Of a stretch of 64,000 nt of DNA, positions 49,690 through 60,828 are shown one piece after another (positions within the stretch are counted from its first letter, which is position 1; each line of letters starts with the position of its first letter). Where the stretch lies: contig CAWHCL010000003.1 of NCBI GenBank assembly GCA_963827815.1, positions 20,526 through 84,525 on the forward strand. Direction: 5' to 3'. Under the pieces are notes generated by a model that did no database searches, had not been told where the DNA came from, and was given only the letters and a program-made list of their open reading frames with translations. Origin of the DNA: an uncultured Verrucomicrobiae bacterium (GTDB lineage: Bacteria; Verrucomicrobiota; Verrucomicrobiia; Limisphaerales; UBA11358). The position numbers were made by a program, and so were the translations under genes.

Positions 49690-51033
49690 ATGAAACCTCG
49701 CGTCCGATTCGCCCCCTCGCCCACCGGTTACCTCCACATCGGAGGTGCGCGCACGGCTTTGTTCAACTGGCTTTACGCACGCCACACCGGCGGCACGTTC
49801 ATCCTCCGCATCGAAGACACCGACGCCGCGCGCAATTCGCAGGAAGCTGTGGACGTCATCCTCAACGGCCTGCGCTGGCTCGGCCTCGATTGGGACGAAG
49901 GCCCGCTCACTGGCGACGCCACCGGCCCGAGCAAGGGCGATTGCGGCCCGTATTTTCAATCGCAACGGAAGGAAAATTACCAGCGCCGCGTCGAAGCCCT
50001 GCTCTCGCACGGCCTCGCCTACGAACACGAAGGCGCCATCAAGTTCAAGATGCAGCGCGAACCCATCACCATCCACGACCTCGTCGTCGGCGACGTCGTC
50101 CGCAAGCTGACCGACCGCGAGGAGGCCGACCCCGACTTCGTCATCCAGCGCTCCGACGGCCAGCCAGTGTTCCATCTCGTCAACGTCATTGACGACCTTG
50201 ATATGAACATCACCCACGTCATCCGGGGCGAAGATCATTTGAGCAACACCACCAAGCACATCGCACTCTTCAAGGCCTTTGGCGTGCCGCCGCCACATTA
50301 CGCCCACATCCCGCTCATCCTGAACAAGGACGGCACCAAGATGAGCAAGCGCGATCAGGGCGCGTCGCTCACCAGCTACCTCGACAACGGGTTTCTGCCC
50401 GAAGCCGTCGTGAATTTCCTTTGCCTCCTCGGCTGGTCGCCCAAGGAAAACCGCGAGAAGCTTACCCTTGCCGAGACCATCGAACGCTTCGACCTGCCGC
50501 AGATTCTCCGGCATAACGCCAAGTTCGATTACGAGAAACTCCTCTGGCTCCAGGGCGAATACGCCCGCGAACTGAAGGACGACCGCTTTTACGAACTCGC
50601 CGTCCACGCCTTCGCAAAGGCGGGCGTGAACACCAACGCCTTTCCCCTGCCCTTCGTCAAGGCCGCGCTCAACACCTGCAAGGGCAAGTTCAAGCTCTTC
50701 AGCGAATTGCCCGGCTACGCTGGATTTTATTTCACCGACGCGATTGAATACGACGCCGAAGCCGCCAAAAAAGATTTCGTGCCGGAGAACAAACCGCGCC
50801 TGACCCAACTCCGCGACGCCTTTGCCGGCGCGCCCGCGTTTGATGCCGCGACACTGGAAGCCGCGCTCAAGGAAACCGCCAAAACGCTGGGCGTGAAAGC
50901 CGGCGTGCTGGTGCATCCCTGCCGGCTGGCGATGACCGGCAAAACCTCCGGCCCCAGCCTTTACCATCTGCTAGAAGTGCTGGGCAAAGAGCGCATCATG
51001 GCGAGGATTGAGAAAGCACTTGGCAATTTCTAA
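49690..51033 (+). CDS. gltX: glutamyl-tRNA synthetase
   Basis: PSPTGYLHIGGART (HIGH motif) and KMSKRD (KMSKS motif). Confidence 0.95.
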   Translation: MKPRVRFAPSPTGYLHIGGARTALFNWLYARHTGGTFILRIEDTDAARNSQEAVDVILNGLRWLGLDWDEGPLTGDATGPSKGDCGPYFQSQRKENYQRRVEALLSHGLAYEHEGAIKFKMQREPITIHDLVVGDVVRKLTDREEADPDFVIQRSDGQPVFHLVNVIDDLDMNITHVIRGEDHLSNTTKHIALFKAFGVPPPHYAHIPLILNKDGTKMSKRDQGASLTSYLDNGFLPEAVVNFLCLLGWSPKENREKLTLAETIERFDLPQILRHNAKFDYEKLLWLQGEYARELKDDRFYELAVHAFAKAGVNTNAFPLPFVKAALNTCKGKFKLFSELPGYAGFYFTDAIEYDAEAAKKDFVPENKPRLTQLRDAFAGAPAFDAATLEAALKETAKTLGVKAGVLVHPCRLAMTGKTSGPSLYHLLEVLGKERIMARIEKALGNF

Positions 51034-51867
51034 ATCGCCTTGTATTCGAGGGCATATTCCGTTTTATGAAAAACCGCTCTGCGCCTGACAATTTTGGGAT
51101 AGTCAGTTTTAAGCAGGCCTAGCACCTTTTCTATTTCTGCTTGCGGGCAACGGACTCCGAAGTCAATTGATTTGACCCATTCAGGTTTGAAATCCAAAAA
51201 TTCTCCAGTTGTCAAATCAGGCATTTTTCGCTGCTCGCAGTATTCTGGCATGGTTATCAATCTGTATTCATTTTCATAACGCCACGCTGAGCTCTTCGTT
51301 GTTGCGCTCTTGAACATGGCCTCTTTCATTGCATCTATCTGAGACCCAAGGGAAAAATCAACTGCGACTCTTTTATCATCATATATCATTTGAACGACGC
51401 CAAACGATCTTTGTATTCACCTCCGGAAATTCAAATCCGATTCGGGCACCAAAATGTTTGGATGCATAATGCGACCACATTAGAATTTCATCCAGCGGCT
51501 TCACATTGATCGCAGAAAAGCAGACCACACGCACACATGAATCCGCTAACTCTTCCCGCTCTTTCAGACTTGGCTCGTCAAATAATTGAGAATTTTTAAC
51601 CATCTTCGCTACAACTATCGGCAATTTACGCATGGCCGTTTTCCGATTGAATCCCGGAACTTGTCGTTGAGTTTCAGCCATAAAAAAAGGTGAATCCAAT
51701 TGAGACAGAACATATTTCCGCGCCTTGTCAGCCGTGGTTTTACCGGAAGGAATGTATAAAAATTCAAATGGGTCGTTGAAACTCGTGATTCGAGACGTTT
51801 TTAATTTCGCCTCTTTCAGTGTTTCAAAAACGTGCGAACCAAAATAGCGATGCAGCAACATATTCAT
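51030..51867 (-). CDS. DUF2971-like protein, AT-rich, frame break near 51385
   Basis: SFNDPFEF, LMWSHYASKHFGARIGF, WRYENEYRL, read across two ORFs. Confidence 0.6.
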
Positions 51868-52055
51868 GAAAAATGCGCCCTTGAAATCTTAATTGAAAGA
51901 CAGAACTGAAATGGTTTTCCATCCCTCCGGCCTCGAGCCCGCCCCTTTCCGTGATGCTGCGCTTCCGCCTCCGTCCCCCACCGCCATTTTTGGCTCCAAT
52001 GATTGAAAATGGCCTATTCTTAGCCCGAACTGGCCTGTCGGAGTGCCGATATCCT

Positions 52056-52288
52056 TGATTTACACGCCGGTAATTGCCAATGACGCGTCCGTCGGAAGGA
52101 ATTACGGAGCCGTATTTGCCAATGATGCGTCGGTAATTTTTAATTGCGCGCTCGTAAATGCCATCGACGGGCATGTAATTGCCAACGGCGCACGTGTAAT
52201 CATGATTTACGCACCCGTCGGAATGATTGTGATGCCTCCCGATGGCAAGGGGACGCCTCCTGATGCCAAAGGGATGCGTCCCAATTGA
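52056..52288. repeat. degenerate short tandem/dispersed repeats (TGCCAATGAYGCGTC twice, GATGSCAARGGGAYGC twice)
   Basis: Read directly. The ORFs across this region are periodic repeat translations. Confidence 0.5.
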
Positions 52289-52391
52289 GCAGTTTTACCG
52301 GCTTATTCGTCATTGTTCATTCGCGTTAATCCCTGAAATCCGTGCCCGCTCAAAACTTCAATGTCGCGTCGATAATTTTTTCCCTTAAACT

Positions 52392-53421
52392 TTGCGCGTG
52401 GCAAACCCGTTCATCCATTGGATTGAGGCCAAGGGGCCTTATGCGCCGTGGCTGTTTCTGGCGGTGTTCCTCGTGGCGTCGTTCCTGATGCTCTGGCGGC
52501 TGGAGGTTTTGAGCGCCAAGGGCTTTGAAGGCACGGTGCTCGGCACGCTGGTGATGCCGTATTGCACGGGCATGGGCAACCTCATCTTTGCCTTCATCCT
52601 CGGCCGCAACGGCGGCTCCGGCGCGGACGTGATGACGAACTCGCTGGTGAACAACATCACGAACATGACGCTGGTACTCGGTGTGCCGGCGATTTTCTGG
52701 GGCATCAAAGTTTTACCGTCGAAGGCCAAGGCCAACGGGAAAAGTCCGCCGAAGAAGAAATCCAACGCCGCCGGCAAGACGCATGAGTTGAACCGGCTCT
52801 CGCTGATGCTGACGCTGACGGCCGTCCTGTTTTTCACCGGCGCGGTCTGGGCGATGGGCCACAAGGGGCGGATTGATTTCTACGACGGGCTGTGCTGATC
52901 GGCCTGTTTTTGTTCTGGCAATGCTTCCATGTGTTCGACGTGCTCAAGTCAAACGTGCGACAGGGAAAATCGTTGAGCTGGACGCTGCCGTTTGACCTGG
53001 CGCTGCTGGCCATCGGCGCGTATGGAATCTATATCAGCACGGACTGGCTGGTGAGCTGGCTGCAACTGCGTCCACACCGGCTTCATCAGCGCCACATACA
53101 TCGGCTGGTTGAGCGGCTGGCTGATGGTGCTGCCAAACGCGATGCTGGCGGTTTATTACAGCTGGCGCGGGCAGCCGGAAACGGTCTATGCCTCGCAAGT
53201 CGGCGACTGCGCATGTGTCCATCCCATTGTGCCTCGGCGTCTATGCGCTGTATCACACGATGGCGATGCCGCCGGTTTTCCACGTGGCGATGTTCATCCT
53301 GCTTGGCGCGACGCTGGTGCATCTCTTCTTCGTGACGGTGCTGGGGCGGCTGCCGCGGTTCGCTGGCTGGGCGCTGGTCGCGGCCTATGGATTTTTCCTT
53401 TGGAAAGGATTGCTGGGATAA
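52392..53421 (+). CDS. CaCA-type (Na+/Ca2+ exchanger-like) membrane protein, at least three frame breaks
   Basis: GTLVMPYCTGMGNLIFA and GWLMVLPNAMLAVYY alpha-repeat-like motifs. Fragments are spread across three frames. Confidence 0.6.
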
Positions 53422-53538
53422 AATCCGGTTGGAGCCGACGTAAGGAGGCCCTGATTGATTCCAATTTCGGAACAGCGCGATAAATTTTGCTGCATCGTAG
53501 ACTGCGAAGAGGTAGCCTGACAAAGGCTCCCGTCCCTT

Positions 53539-54370
53539 ATGTCATTCAGAAAAAAGAAAGTTGATGCCACTGCAAAGATGTCGCGCTGGTCGCATCGGCT
53601 TTTCACCATTCTGTTTCTGGCCGTCTATGCGCTGGTGCTGGCGCGGCTGTTTTGGACGATGGATCTGCCCGGCAAACCCGGCTGGCCGGTGGCCGTGCTG
53701 CTGATGGTGGCGGTCGTAAGCACCATCGCCGCGCTCGCGCAGCATCTGCCGCTGCAAAACATTTTGTTTGTGGCGGCCTTCATCGCGATTGTTGGCGGGG
53801 CGGCGGAGTGGCTCGACATCAAAACCGGCATTCCATTCGGCTCGTTCACGCTGGGCAAAATCGCCGGGCCGAAACCGTTCCTCCATGCGGTGCCGTGGAT
53901 GATGCCGTTGATCTGGATACTGGCCATCTTGAACTCACGCGGCGTGGCGCGACTGGTGCTCCGCCCGTGGCGCAAGATGCACAGCTACGGCTTCTGGCTC
54001 ATCGGCGTCACGGCGGCGCTGACGGTGATGTTCGACCTCGCATTCGATCCGTTCGCCTCGCGAGTGAAACAATACTGGTTTTGGGAGCCGACGAAATTAC
54101 CGCTGACGTGGCAGGGCGCGCCGCTGGTGAACTTTTTTGGCTGGGGGGTCGTAACGCTGATCATTCTGGCGTTCATCACGCCAATGCTGATCAACAAGCG
54201 CCATCACAAAAACCGCCCGCCGGATTTTCATCCGCTCGTTGTCTGGCTCGGCGCGATGTTGCTTTTCGGCATCGGCGACGCGTCACAGGGCCTCTGGCTG
54301 GCTGCCGTGGTGAATGGAGTTTTTGGCGGTCGTTGTCGCCGTCTTCGCGGTTCGCGGCGCGCGGTGGTGA
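53539..54370 (+). CDS. DUF422-like (carotenoid-biosynthesis-protein family) membrane protein, possible frame break near 54320
   Basis: Polytopic. A hydrophobic alternative C-terminus EFLAVVVAVFAVRGARW* is read in the shifted frame. Confidence 0.5.
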
Positions 54371-54373
54371 CAA

Positions 54374-55711
54374 TTATCTGTCAGGAATCCTCGTGGCTCC
54401 GGCGCGCTTGATGATTTTCAACCGCGCCACACGCGGGCCGTCCATTTCCTCGACGCGCAATTCAAAATTCCCAACCGCCAGCGAATCGCCGGCCTTCGGA
54501 AATCCGCCGAGCTTCTGCGTGACCCAGCCGCTCGCGGTCGCGACGCTTTCATCGTGAGTGCACCTCGCCGATGATTTTTTCCAGTTCATGCAGCGGGCAG
54601 CGTGCCGGCGACTTCCCAGGAATTCTCGTCCCGCCGGACATACTGCGTCTCCTCCTGGTCAAATTCGTCCTGAATCTGGCCGACCAGCGCCTCCAGCACG
54701 TTTTCAAGCGTGACGATGCCGAGCGTGCCGCCGTATTCGTCCACGATGACCGCAAAATGCAGCCGGCGTTCGAGAAACAGCTGCAGCAACTTTTCCAGCC
54801 GCGCCGTCGCGGGCGCGTAAATGAGTTTGCGCGCCACCGGCAGCAAATCCGCCGCCGTCGTCGCCTTGTCGCGCAGCGCATAAAGGTCCTTGATGTGGAC
54901 AACGCCGCGCGTCTTGTCCAGATCGCCGTCGTCGCAAATCGGGAAGCGCGAGTAGCGCGTCTTTTCCGCGAGCGCCAGACAGTCGGCCATCGTCGCGCCG
55001 GTGTTGAACGCGACAATTTCCTGGCGCGGGCGCATGACTTCGCGCGCGATGCGATGGCTCAAGTCGAGCGCGTTCAAGATCAGGTTGCGACCGGCGGCCG
55101 TCCCGCCCTGCGGAACCGCCGCGAGCACCAGGCGCAATTCCTCCTCCGTTTGCGAGCGGTCGGCGACGGCGTCCGGTTCGATGCCAATGCGTTTCAGGAG
55201 CCAGCGCGCCGCGAGGTTCAGCAGCCGGTTGAACGGATAAAACGCCAGATAAAACCAGCGCAGCGGGATGGCCGTGGCCAGCGCGACCGGCAGCGGCTTT
55301 TGAATCGTCAGCCATTTCGGCGCAAGTTCGCCCGACGCAGATGTGCAGAAACGTCAGCGCGGTGAAACCGACGGCAAACGAAATGGACCGCAGCCACACG
55401 CCGGATTCGATGCCGAGCAGACCCAGCAGCGGCGACAGCAGCGTGGTGAACACCGGCTGGCCAATCCAGCCGAGGCCGAGGCTGGCCATCGTGATGCCGA
55501 GCTGCGTCGCGCTCAAATACGAATTTAGATGCCGGACGATGTGCCGCGCCATCTGCGCCCGCCGCCAGCCCTTCGCCACGAGCATGTCGAGCTGCGTCTC
55601 GCGGATGCGGACCAGCGCGAATTCGGCGGCGACAAAAAATCCATTCATCAGCACCAGCACCAGCACCGCCAGGATTTTCAGCACGGTCAAAATGAATGCG
55701 TCCGAGTTCAT
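54374..55711 (-). CDS. CNNM/CorC-family protein (DUF21-CBS-CorC_HlyC), at least three frame breaks
   Basis: NGFFVAAEFALV; CBS pair with VIVDEYGGTLGIVTLENVLE; CorC tail in ORF 54374-54589. Confidence 0.75.
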
Positions 55712-55856
55712 GTAAATGGAATGACGTAAGACGGATGGCGGATGGCCGAAACGATGGATTGTTGGATTGATGGATGAATGGATTCCTGGAATCGCAGGCC
55801 GGGCAAACTGGCGACCCAATAATCCAATAATTCAATAATCCAATTATCCAACTCTT

Positions 55857-56846
55857 TCATAATTTCATCTCTCCAAACATCACCTTCAAAATGTCCTCCA
55901 GGCTCACGATGCCCATTTCCGCGCCGTCGCGCGCCAGCACGATGGCCAGCCGGTGCCCGGCGCGCTGCATCAGGCGCAGCGCGACTTCCAGCCGCATGTT
56001 TTCATTCACAAACAGCGCGGGCGTCATGTGCGCGGCGGCGGGCTTTTGCAAATCCAGATCGTCGCGGAACAGCAGCGGGCCGAGCGAGAGCAGCCCGGCG
56101 ATGCGCGGAGCGCCGTCGCGCGTTTCGCGGACCGGCAGCCGCCACAACCGGCGTTCGCGCCCAGCCGGAACGCGTCGCCCAGCGGCGTCTGCGCCTCCAC
56201 CGTCACCACCTGCGCGAGCGGCGTGGCGATCTGCCGCACGGTGAAATTTTGCAGGTCGAGCACGCGGTTGATCATCGCGCGCTCGTCGCTGGTGAGCGAT
56301 TGCGCGGATTCCTGCATGACCGAGCGCATTTCCTCGCGGCTGCCAAACAGCCGGCCCGTGAACGCCTGTCCGCCCGTCAGCCGCAGCGCCATCTGGGAAA
56401 CGCCCTCTACCAATGGCAACGAGCGGGCTTAACACGACATGCACGAGGCGGAACACGGGCGCCGCCATCAGGCACAACTGGTTCGGGTGCGCCCGGAAAA
56501 ACATTTTCGGCAGCAGATCGAACAGCGCGTAGAACAGAAAAACGGCGGCGGCAAAAGCGGCGGCGATCCAGACGTCATGACCCAAAAGCCATTCATGCAG
56601 CTCGAGCAGCGTCCAGCCCAGAATCAAAAAGTTGGCGAGCGTGTTGCCGACGAGGATTGTCCACAGGAAATTCTCCGGCTTTTCGAGAAAGCCGTGCAGC
56701 AGCTTCGCCGACGGCTTGCCGGCCCGCGCCAGCCGCCGCACCCGCAGCCGGCTCAACGCGAACACGCCCGCCTCCATGCCCGACAGCAAAAACGCCAGCA
56801 ACAGGCACAGAAACAGCGCGACCCAATTGATGATGTTCGTGTCCAT
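55857..56846 (-). CDS. CNNM/CorC-family paralog (DUF21-CBS), at least two frame breaks
   Basis: LSGMEAGVFALS; the middle part is read in ORF 56024-56419 (TSDERAMINRVLDLQNFTVRQIATP). Confidence 0.7.
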   Translation of the reverse strand: MDTNIINWVALFLCLLLAFLLSGMEAGVFALSRLRVRRLARAGKPSAKLLHGFLEKPENFLWTILVGNTLANFLILGWTLLELHEWLLGHDVWIAAAFAAAVFLFYALFDLLPKMFFRAHPNQLCLMAAPVFRLVHVVLSPLVAIGRGRFPDGAAADGRTGVHGPAVWQPRGNALGHAGIRAIAHQRRARDDQPRARPAKFHRAADRHAARAGGDGGGADAAGRRVPAGRERRLWRLPVRETRDGAPRIAGLLSLGPLLFRDDLDLQKPAAAHMTPALFVNENMRLEVALRLMQRAGHRLAIVLARDGAEMGIVSLEDILKVMFGEMKL

Positions 56847-56847
56847 T

Positions 56848-58069
56848 TTATTTCAGCTTTTGGACCATCAACTCCAGCACACGGCGTTCGTCCACCGCGT
56901 GCGCCGTGAGTTTCAAGCCACGAAACGACGCCGATTCACCGGCCTCCGGCACGACGCCGCGCAGATGCGTGAGCAATCCGCCCATCGTTTCGACCTCCGG
57001 CACGTCGCCGAGCGCCGGAAATTCGCGGCGGAAATCGTCCAGCCGCATCGTCCCGCTCACGCGCCAGCGATCGGGCGAAATTTTTTCCATCACAAAACCT
57101 TCCGGCTGCGCCGCGGCGTGGATTTTGCCGATGAGCTTGCCCAGGATGTCCTCCATCGTCACCAGCCCCGCCGTGCCGCCGAATTCATCCAGCACCATTG
57201 CCAGCCCGCGCTGCTGCTTTTGCAGGCTCTGGAACAATTGCAGCAGATTCATCGTCTCCGGCACATACGACGGAAATTCAATCGCGTCCGCCAGGTCAAT
57301 CTTCGGATCCAGCAGCAGCGCCCGCGTGTTCAAAATGCCGACGATGGTGTCCGGCGTTTCGTCGTAAATCGGCAGGCGGCGGTGCTTGAATTTTTTCGCG
57401 GCGGCAATCATCTCCTCCACCGTCGCGTCGTCGGAGATGGCCGCCATACCGGCGCGTGGTCGCATCACGTCGCGGGCCGCCCGCTTGTCGAGGCTGATGA
57501 TTTGGAGGATGATTTCCTTTTCGGACTCGGCAAGCGTGCCCTGCTGGTAGGCCATTTCCAGCAGCTCGTGATACTCCGCGTCCGTCAACAGCCGGCGTTG
57601 CGGCCATTTGCGGCGCGGTCTTCTTCAGGATCGCCACGTTCAGCCACCGCGCCACGCGATGCAGCGGCGTGGTGGCTTTTTGAAAAACCAGCAGCGGCAG
57701 GCTCACGCGCAGCGCCCAGTATTCCGGCTGCCGCACCGCCAGGGTCTTGGGGAAAACCTCGCAGCCCAGCAACGTCAGCGCCAGCAGCGCAATCATCACC
57801 GTCAGCGCCAGCGTCCAATGCGCGTTGAAGACCAGCCGCAGCGCGACCGCGAGCATCGCCGCGTTGGCGAACGTGTTGCCCAGCGCCAGCGTCGCGAGCA
57901 AATCCTGCGGATGTTCGAGCAGCGCCGCGACGATTTTGCCCGCGCGCGGATTTTTTTCCGCGAGCTGCGCCACCTGCCATTTGCCGAGCGAAAACAGCGC
58001 CGTCTCCGCCAGCGCGAAAAAGAAACTCGCGCCCGCGAAAATCAAAATCGCCGCCACAGCCTGCTCCAT
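56848..58069 (-). CDS. CNNM/CorC-family paralog (DUF21-CBS-CorC), one frame break near 57590
   Basis: FFFALAETALFSL; LDEFGGTAGLVTMEDILGKL; CorC C-terminal domain. Confidence 0.75.
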
Positions 58070-58174
58070 GCGTGGAGTGTGCTGGAAAAAGTGGTCTGGA
58101 AAAAGTAGAAACGGTTGACACCAATTTCACCTCTTTTGGCTGATCAAGTCCGCGCCAATCTGCGAAATCGCCGG

Positions 58175-58552
58175 CTACCCCTCCAAAACCGCCGTCACCG
58201 CCGCGTAATGCTCCGTGTGGCTCAAGCTGACCAGCAACTGCTTCGCATTGCGCGATTCAAACAATTGCCTTCCCTTCCCATGCAGCACCACGAACGGCTC
58301 GCCCGATTCCTTCTTGCGGATTTCCATGTCGCGCCAGCCAAGCTGCGCGCCGATACCCGTGCCGAATGCCTTGGAAATCGCTTCTTTGGCCGCAAATCGC
58401 GCCGCGACGAACGGCGCGGGATGCCGGTGCGACAGGCAATACGCCATTTCATCCGGCAATAAAATCCGTTGACCAAACCGCTCCCCAAATCTCTCCAGCG
58501 ACGCCGTGATGCGCGCCACCTCGATGATATCAATGCCGAGGCCAAGAATCAT
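58175..58552 (-). CDS. acpS: holo-[acyl-carrier-protein] synthase
   Basis: MILGLGIDIIEVARI...FAAKEAISKAFGTG. Confidence 0.85.
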   Translation of the reverse strand: MILGLGIDIIEVARITASLERFGERFGQRILLPDEMAYCLSHRHPAPFVAARFAAKEAISKAFGTGIGAQLGWRDMEIRKKESGEPFVVLHGKGRQLFESRNAKQLLVSLSHTEHYAAVTAVLEG

Positions 58553-58687
58553 TTTTGAGCTACGATTTACGATTTGCGATTGGCACGCAAGCAAACTTGC
58601 TGAGTCAAAATTGATTTTGAGAACCGGACTAGAACAAAAATACGATTGTCAAACTCACGCGTGTCCGGCTTAACTCAAGGCAATTTC

Positions 58688-59401
58688 ATGAATAAACTCA
58701 CACCGCTCGCGCTTGGCCTGTTGTTTGTCACCGTCATTGCCGGCTGTTCGACCGCAGGCAAAACGGGAAGCGCGCCGAACATCGTTTCTCTTTTTGACGG
58801 CCAGACTCTCGACGGCTGGATTGACCAGGAAAACAAAGGAACCGCCGCCGGATGGATTGTCACGAACGGCGTCATCGCCAGCACCGGCGCCGGTCGCGGA
58901 ACGCTTTACACGAAAAACGACCACGGTCATTTCCGGCTGACGTTTTTGATGCGGCATGTTTCGGGCAACAAGGATCATCAGGCGTGCGTTCTGATTTTCT
59001 GCCGGCGACCGGAGGCTGGCGAGAAGCCGCTCGATGCGCTCGGCGGCATTCAGTTCCAAGTGCCCAATGGCGGACATTGGGATTATCGTCCGACGGAAAA
59101 TGGCGTGAAGCACAACAACGGCGGCGGAAAGGAATTCACGAGCGTGACGAAATCCAGGTTCAACGTCCACGATTGGAGCCAGATTGAAATTGTCGCCGAT
59201 GCCAAAACCGGCACGGCGCGCATGGCCGTCGCGCAACCGCCCGGCAGCAAAGCCGTCGAGGTGCTGGATTTCGAAGACCCGACTGCCGGGCACGTCGGGC
59301 CGATTGCGCTACAGATGCACAATGCCGGCCTGTTTGACGAATACAAGGATTTGAAAATCGAAGAGAATCCCGCGACCGACGATCTGGTTACGACGAAATA
59401 A
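58688..59401 (+). CDS. DUF1080-like lipoprotein (3-keto-disaccharide hydrolase family)
   Basis: Lipobox VIAGCS; FDGQTLDGW...GVI...; LQMHNAGLFDEYKDLKI. Confidence 0.7.
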   Translation: MNKLTPLALGLLFVTVIAGCSTAGKTGSAPNIVSLFDGQTLDGWIDQENKGTAAGWIVTNGVIASTGAGRGTLYTKNDHGHFRLTFLMRHVSGNKDHQACVLIFCRRPEAGEKPLDALGGIQFQVPNGGHWDYRPTENGVKHNNGGGKEFTSVTKSRFNVHDWSQIEIVADAKTGTARMAVAQPPGSKAVEVLDFEDPTAGHVGPIALQMHNAGLFDEYKDLKIEENPATDDLVTTK

Positions 59402-59404
59402 TTT

Positions 59405-60163
59405 TCACGCGCGATAATTTTTCATCAGCGCGAGCATTTCTTTAACCGCTTTTTCCAGCCCCACAAAAATTGCGCGACTCATTATGCTGTGGCCGATGTT
59501 CAATTCCACCAGGTGCGGCACGCGGCGAAGCGCCGGCAGATTTTCGTAATTCAATCCGTGCCCGGCATTCACTTTCAAACCGAGCGCGTATGCCTGTTTC
59601 GCGCCGGAAACCAAGCGCTGCAACTCAATTCCCACTTTCTGCTTTCTGCTTTCTGCTTTTTGAAACTCCTCCGCAAATTGTCCGGTATGCAACTCGATGA
59701 ATTGCGCGCCGATGCGTGCGCTGGCTTCAATCTGCCTTTCGTCTGGCGCGATGAACAGACTCACTTCAATGCCCGCGCCATTCATCTTTTTGCGCGTCTC
59801 GGTCAGAGATTTCTCGGCGGCGACCACATCCAGTCCTCCTTCCGTTGTCACTTCCAGCCGCCGTTCCGGCACGATGCAGGTGATATCCGGTTTCAATTTC
59901 AGGGCGATGCCGATGATTTCCGGCACGTTGGCCATTTCGAGGTTCAGCCGCGTCTTGACGGCTTCGCGCAGCTTCCAGATGTCGCGGTCCTGGATGTGCC
60001 GGTGATCTTCGCGCAGATGAGCGGTGATGCCGTGACAGCCCGCCGCTTCGCAGATGTTCGCCGCCCCGACCGGATCGGGTTCGCCAAATCCGCGTCCGCG
60101 ATAGCGCGCCTCGCGAATCGTCGCGACGTGGTCAATGTTGACGCCGAGCTTGAGCATGATCAT
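59405..60163 (-). CDS. pdxJ: pyridoxine 5'-phosphate synthase
   Basis: LGVNIDHVATIREAR, HLREDHRHI, VNAGHGLNY, ELNIGHSI. The ORF-track N-terminal extension is a repeat translation. Confidence 0.9.
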   Translation of the reverse strand: MIMLKLGVNIDHVATIREARYRGRGFGEPDPVGAANICEAAGCHGITAHLREDHRHIQDRDIWKLREAVKTRLNLEMANVPEIIGIALKLKPDITCIVPERRLEVTTEGGLDVVAAEKSLTETRKKMNGAGIEVSLFIAPDERQIEASARIGAQFIELHTGQFAEEFQKAESRKQKVGIELQRLVSGAKQAYALGLKVNAGHGLNYENLPALRRVPHLVELNIGHSIMSRAIFVGLEKAVKEMLALMKNYRA

Positions 60164-60330
60164 GGGCGCGGTGGCGATCCGGCCTCCGTTGCAAAAATCA
60201 AGAGCATATTCTTCATCAGGAAGCTTTTGTGTGCCAGATGAGCACGCAGGTTTCAAGTTTTCAGTTTTCAGCTTTTCAGATTTGAAAACTTGAATCTTGA
60301 AACTGAAATCTCCATCGGCTTTCATTCGGC

Positions 60331-60819
60331 GTGCCCAAGCTCCGCTCTTTTTTCAAATTCTGGCTGCCGCCGCTTGCGTGGATGGTTTTGATTTTCTCCG
60401 CCTCCAGCGACGCAAGATCCTATCAACATTCCTCGCGGTTCTTGGAACCGCTGTTGCACTGGCTCTTCCCGCACATGACGCAGCCGCATATCGAGGTCGT
60501 CCATCATTTCATCCGCAAATGCGGACATCTGACCGAATACGCCGTGCTTGCCCTGCTGCTCTGGCGCGCCATCCGGCAAACGGTCGGAAAAAATACGCAC
60601 GCGCTCGTCGCGCCAGCCTCCGGCGCAGGCGGATGGAGCTGGCCAGATGCCCGGCTCGTGCTGTTGCTTGTCATGTTCTACGCGGCCACCGACGAATTTC
60701 ATCAAAGTTTTATTCCCACAAGAACCTCTCTGGTTTCAGATGTATTGATTGACACCGTCGGCGGCGCAGTCGCGCTGGTTGCGCTCTGGATTTTTGGCCG
60801 CTGGCGAAAACACTGGTAA
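60331..60819 (+). CDS. VanZ-like membrane protein
   Basis: RKCGHLTEYAVLALL ... TDEFHQSFIPTRTSLVSDVLIDTVG. Confidence 0.65.
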   Translation: MPKLRSFFKFWLPPLAWMVLIFSASSDARSYQHSSRFLEPLLHWLFPHMTQPHIEVVHHFIRKCGHLTEYAVLALLLWRAIRQTVGKNTHALVAPASGAGGWSWPDARLVLLLVMFYAATDEFHQSFIPTRTSLVSDVLIDTVGGAVALVALWIFGRWRKHW

Positions 60820-60828
60820 ATTCAAGAA

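Noticed and set aside
52043-52288. 81-aa plus-strand ORF and the 116-aa minus-strand ORF 51824-52174
   Set aside because: Both are periodic translations of the degenerate short repeats (IANDASV.. and IGNYRR.. patterns).
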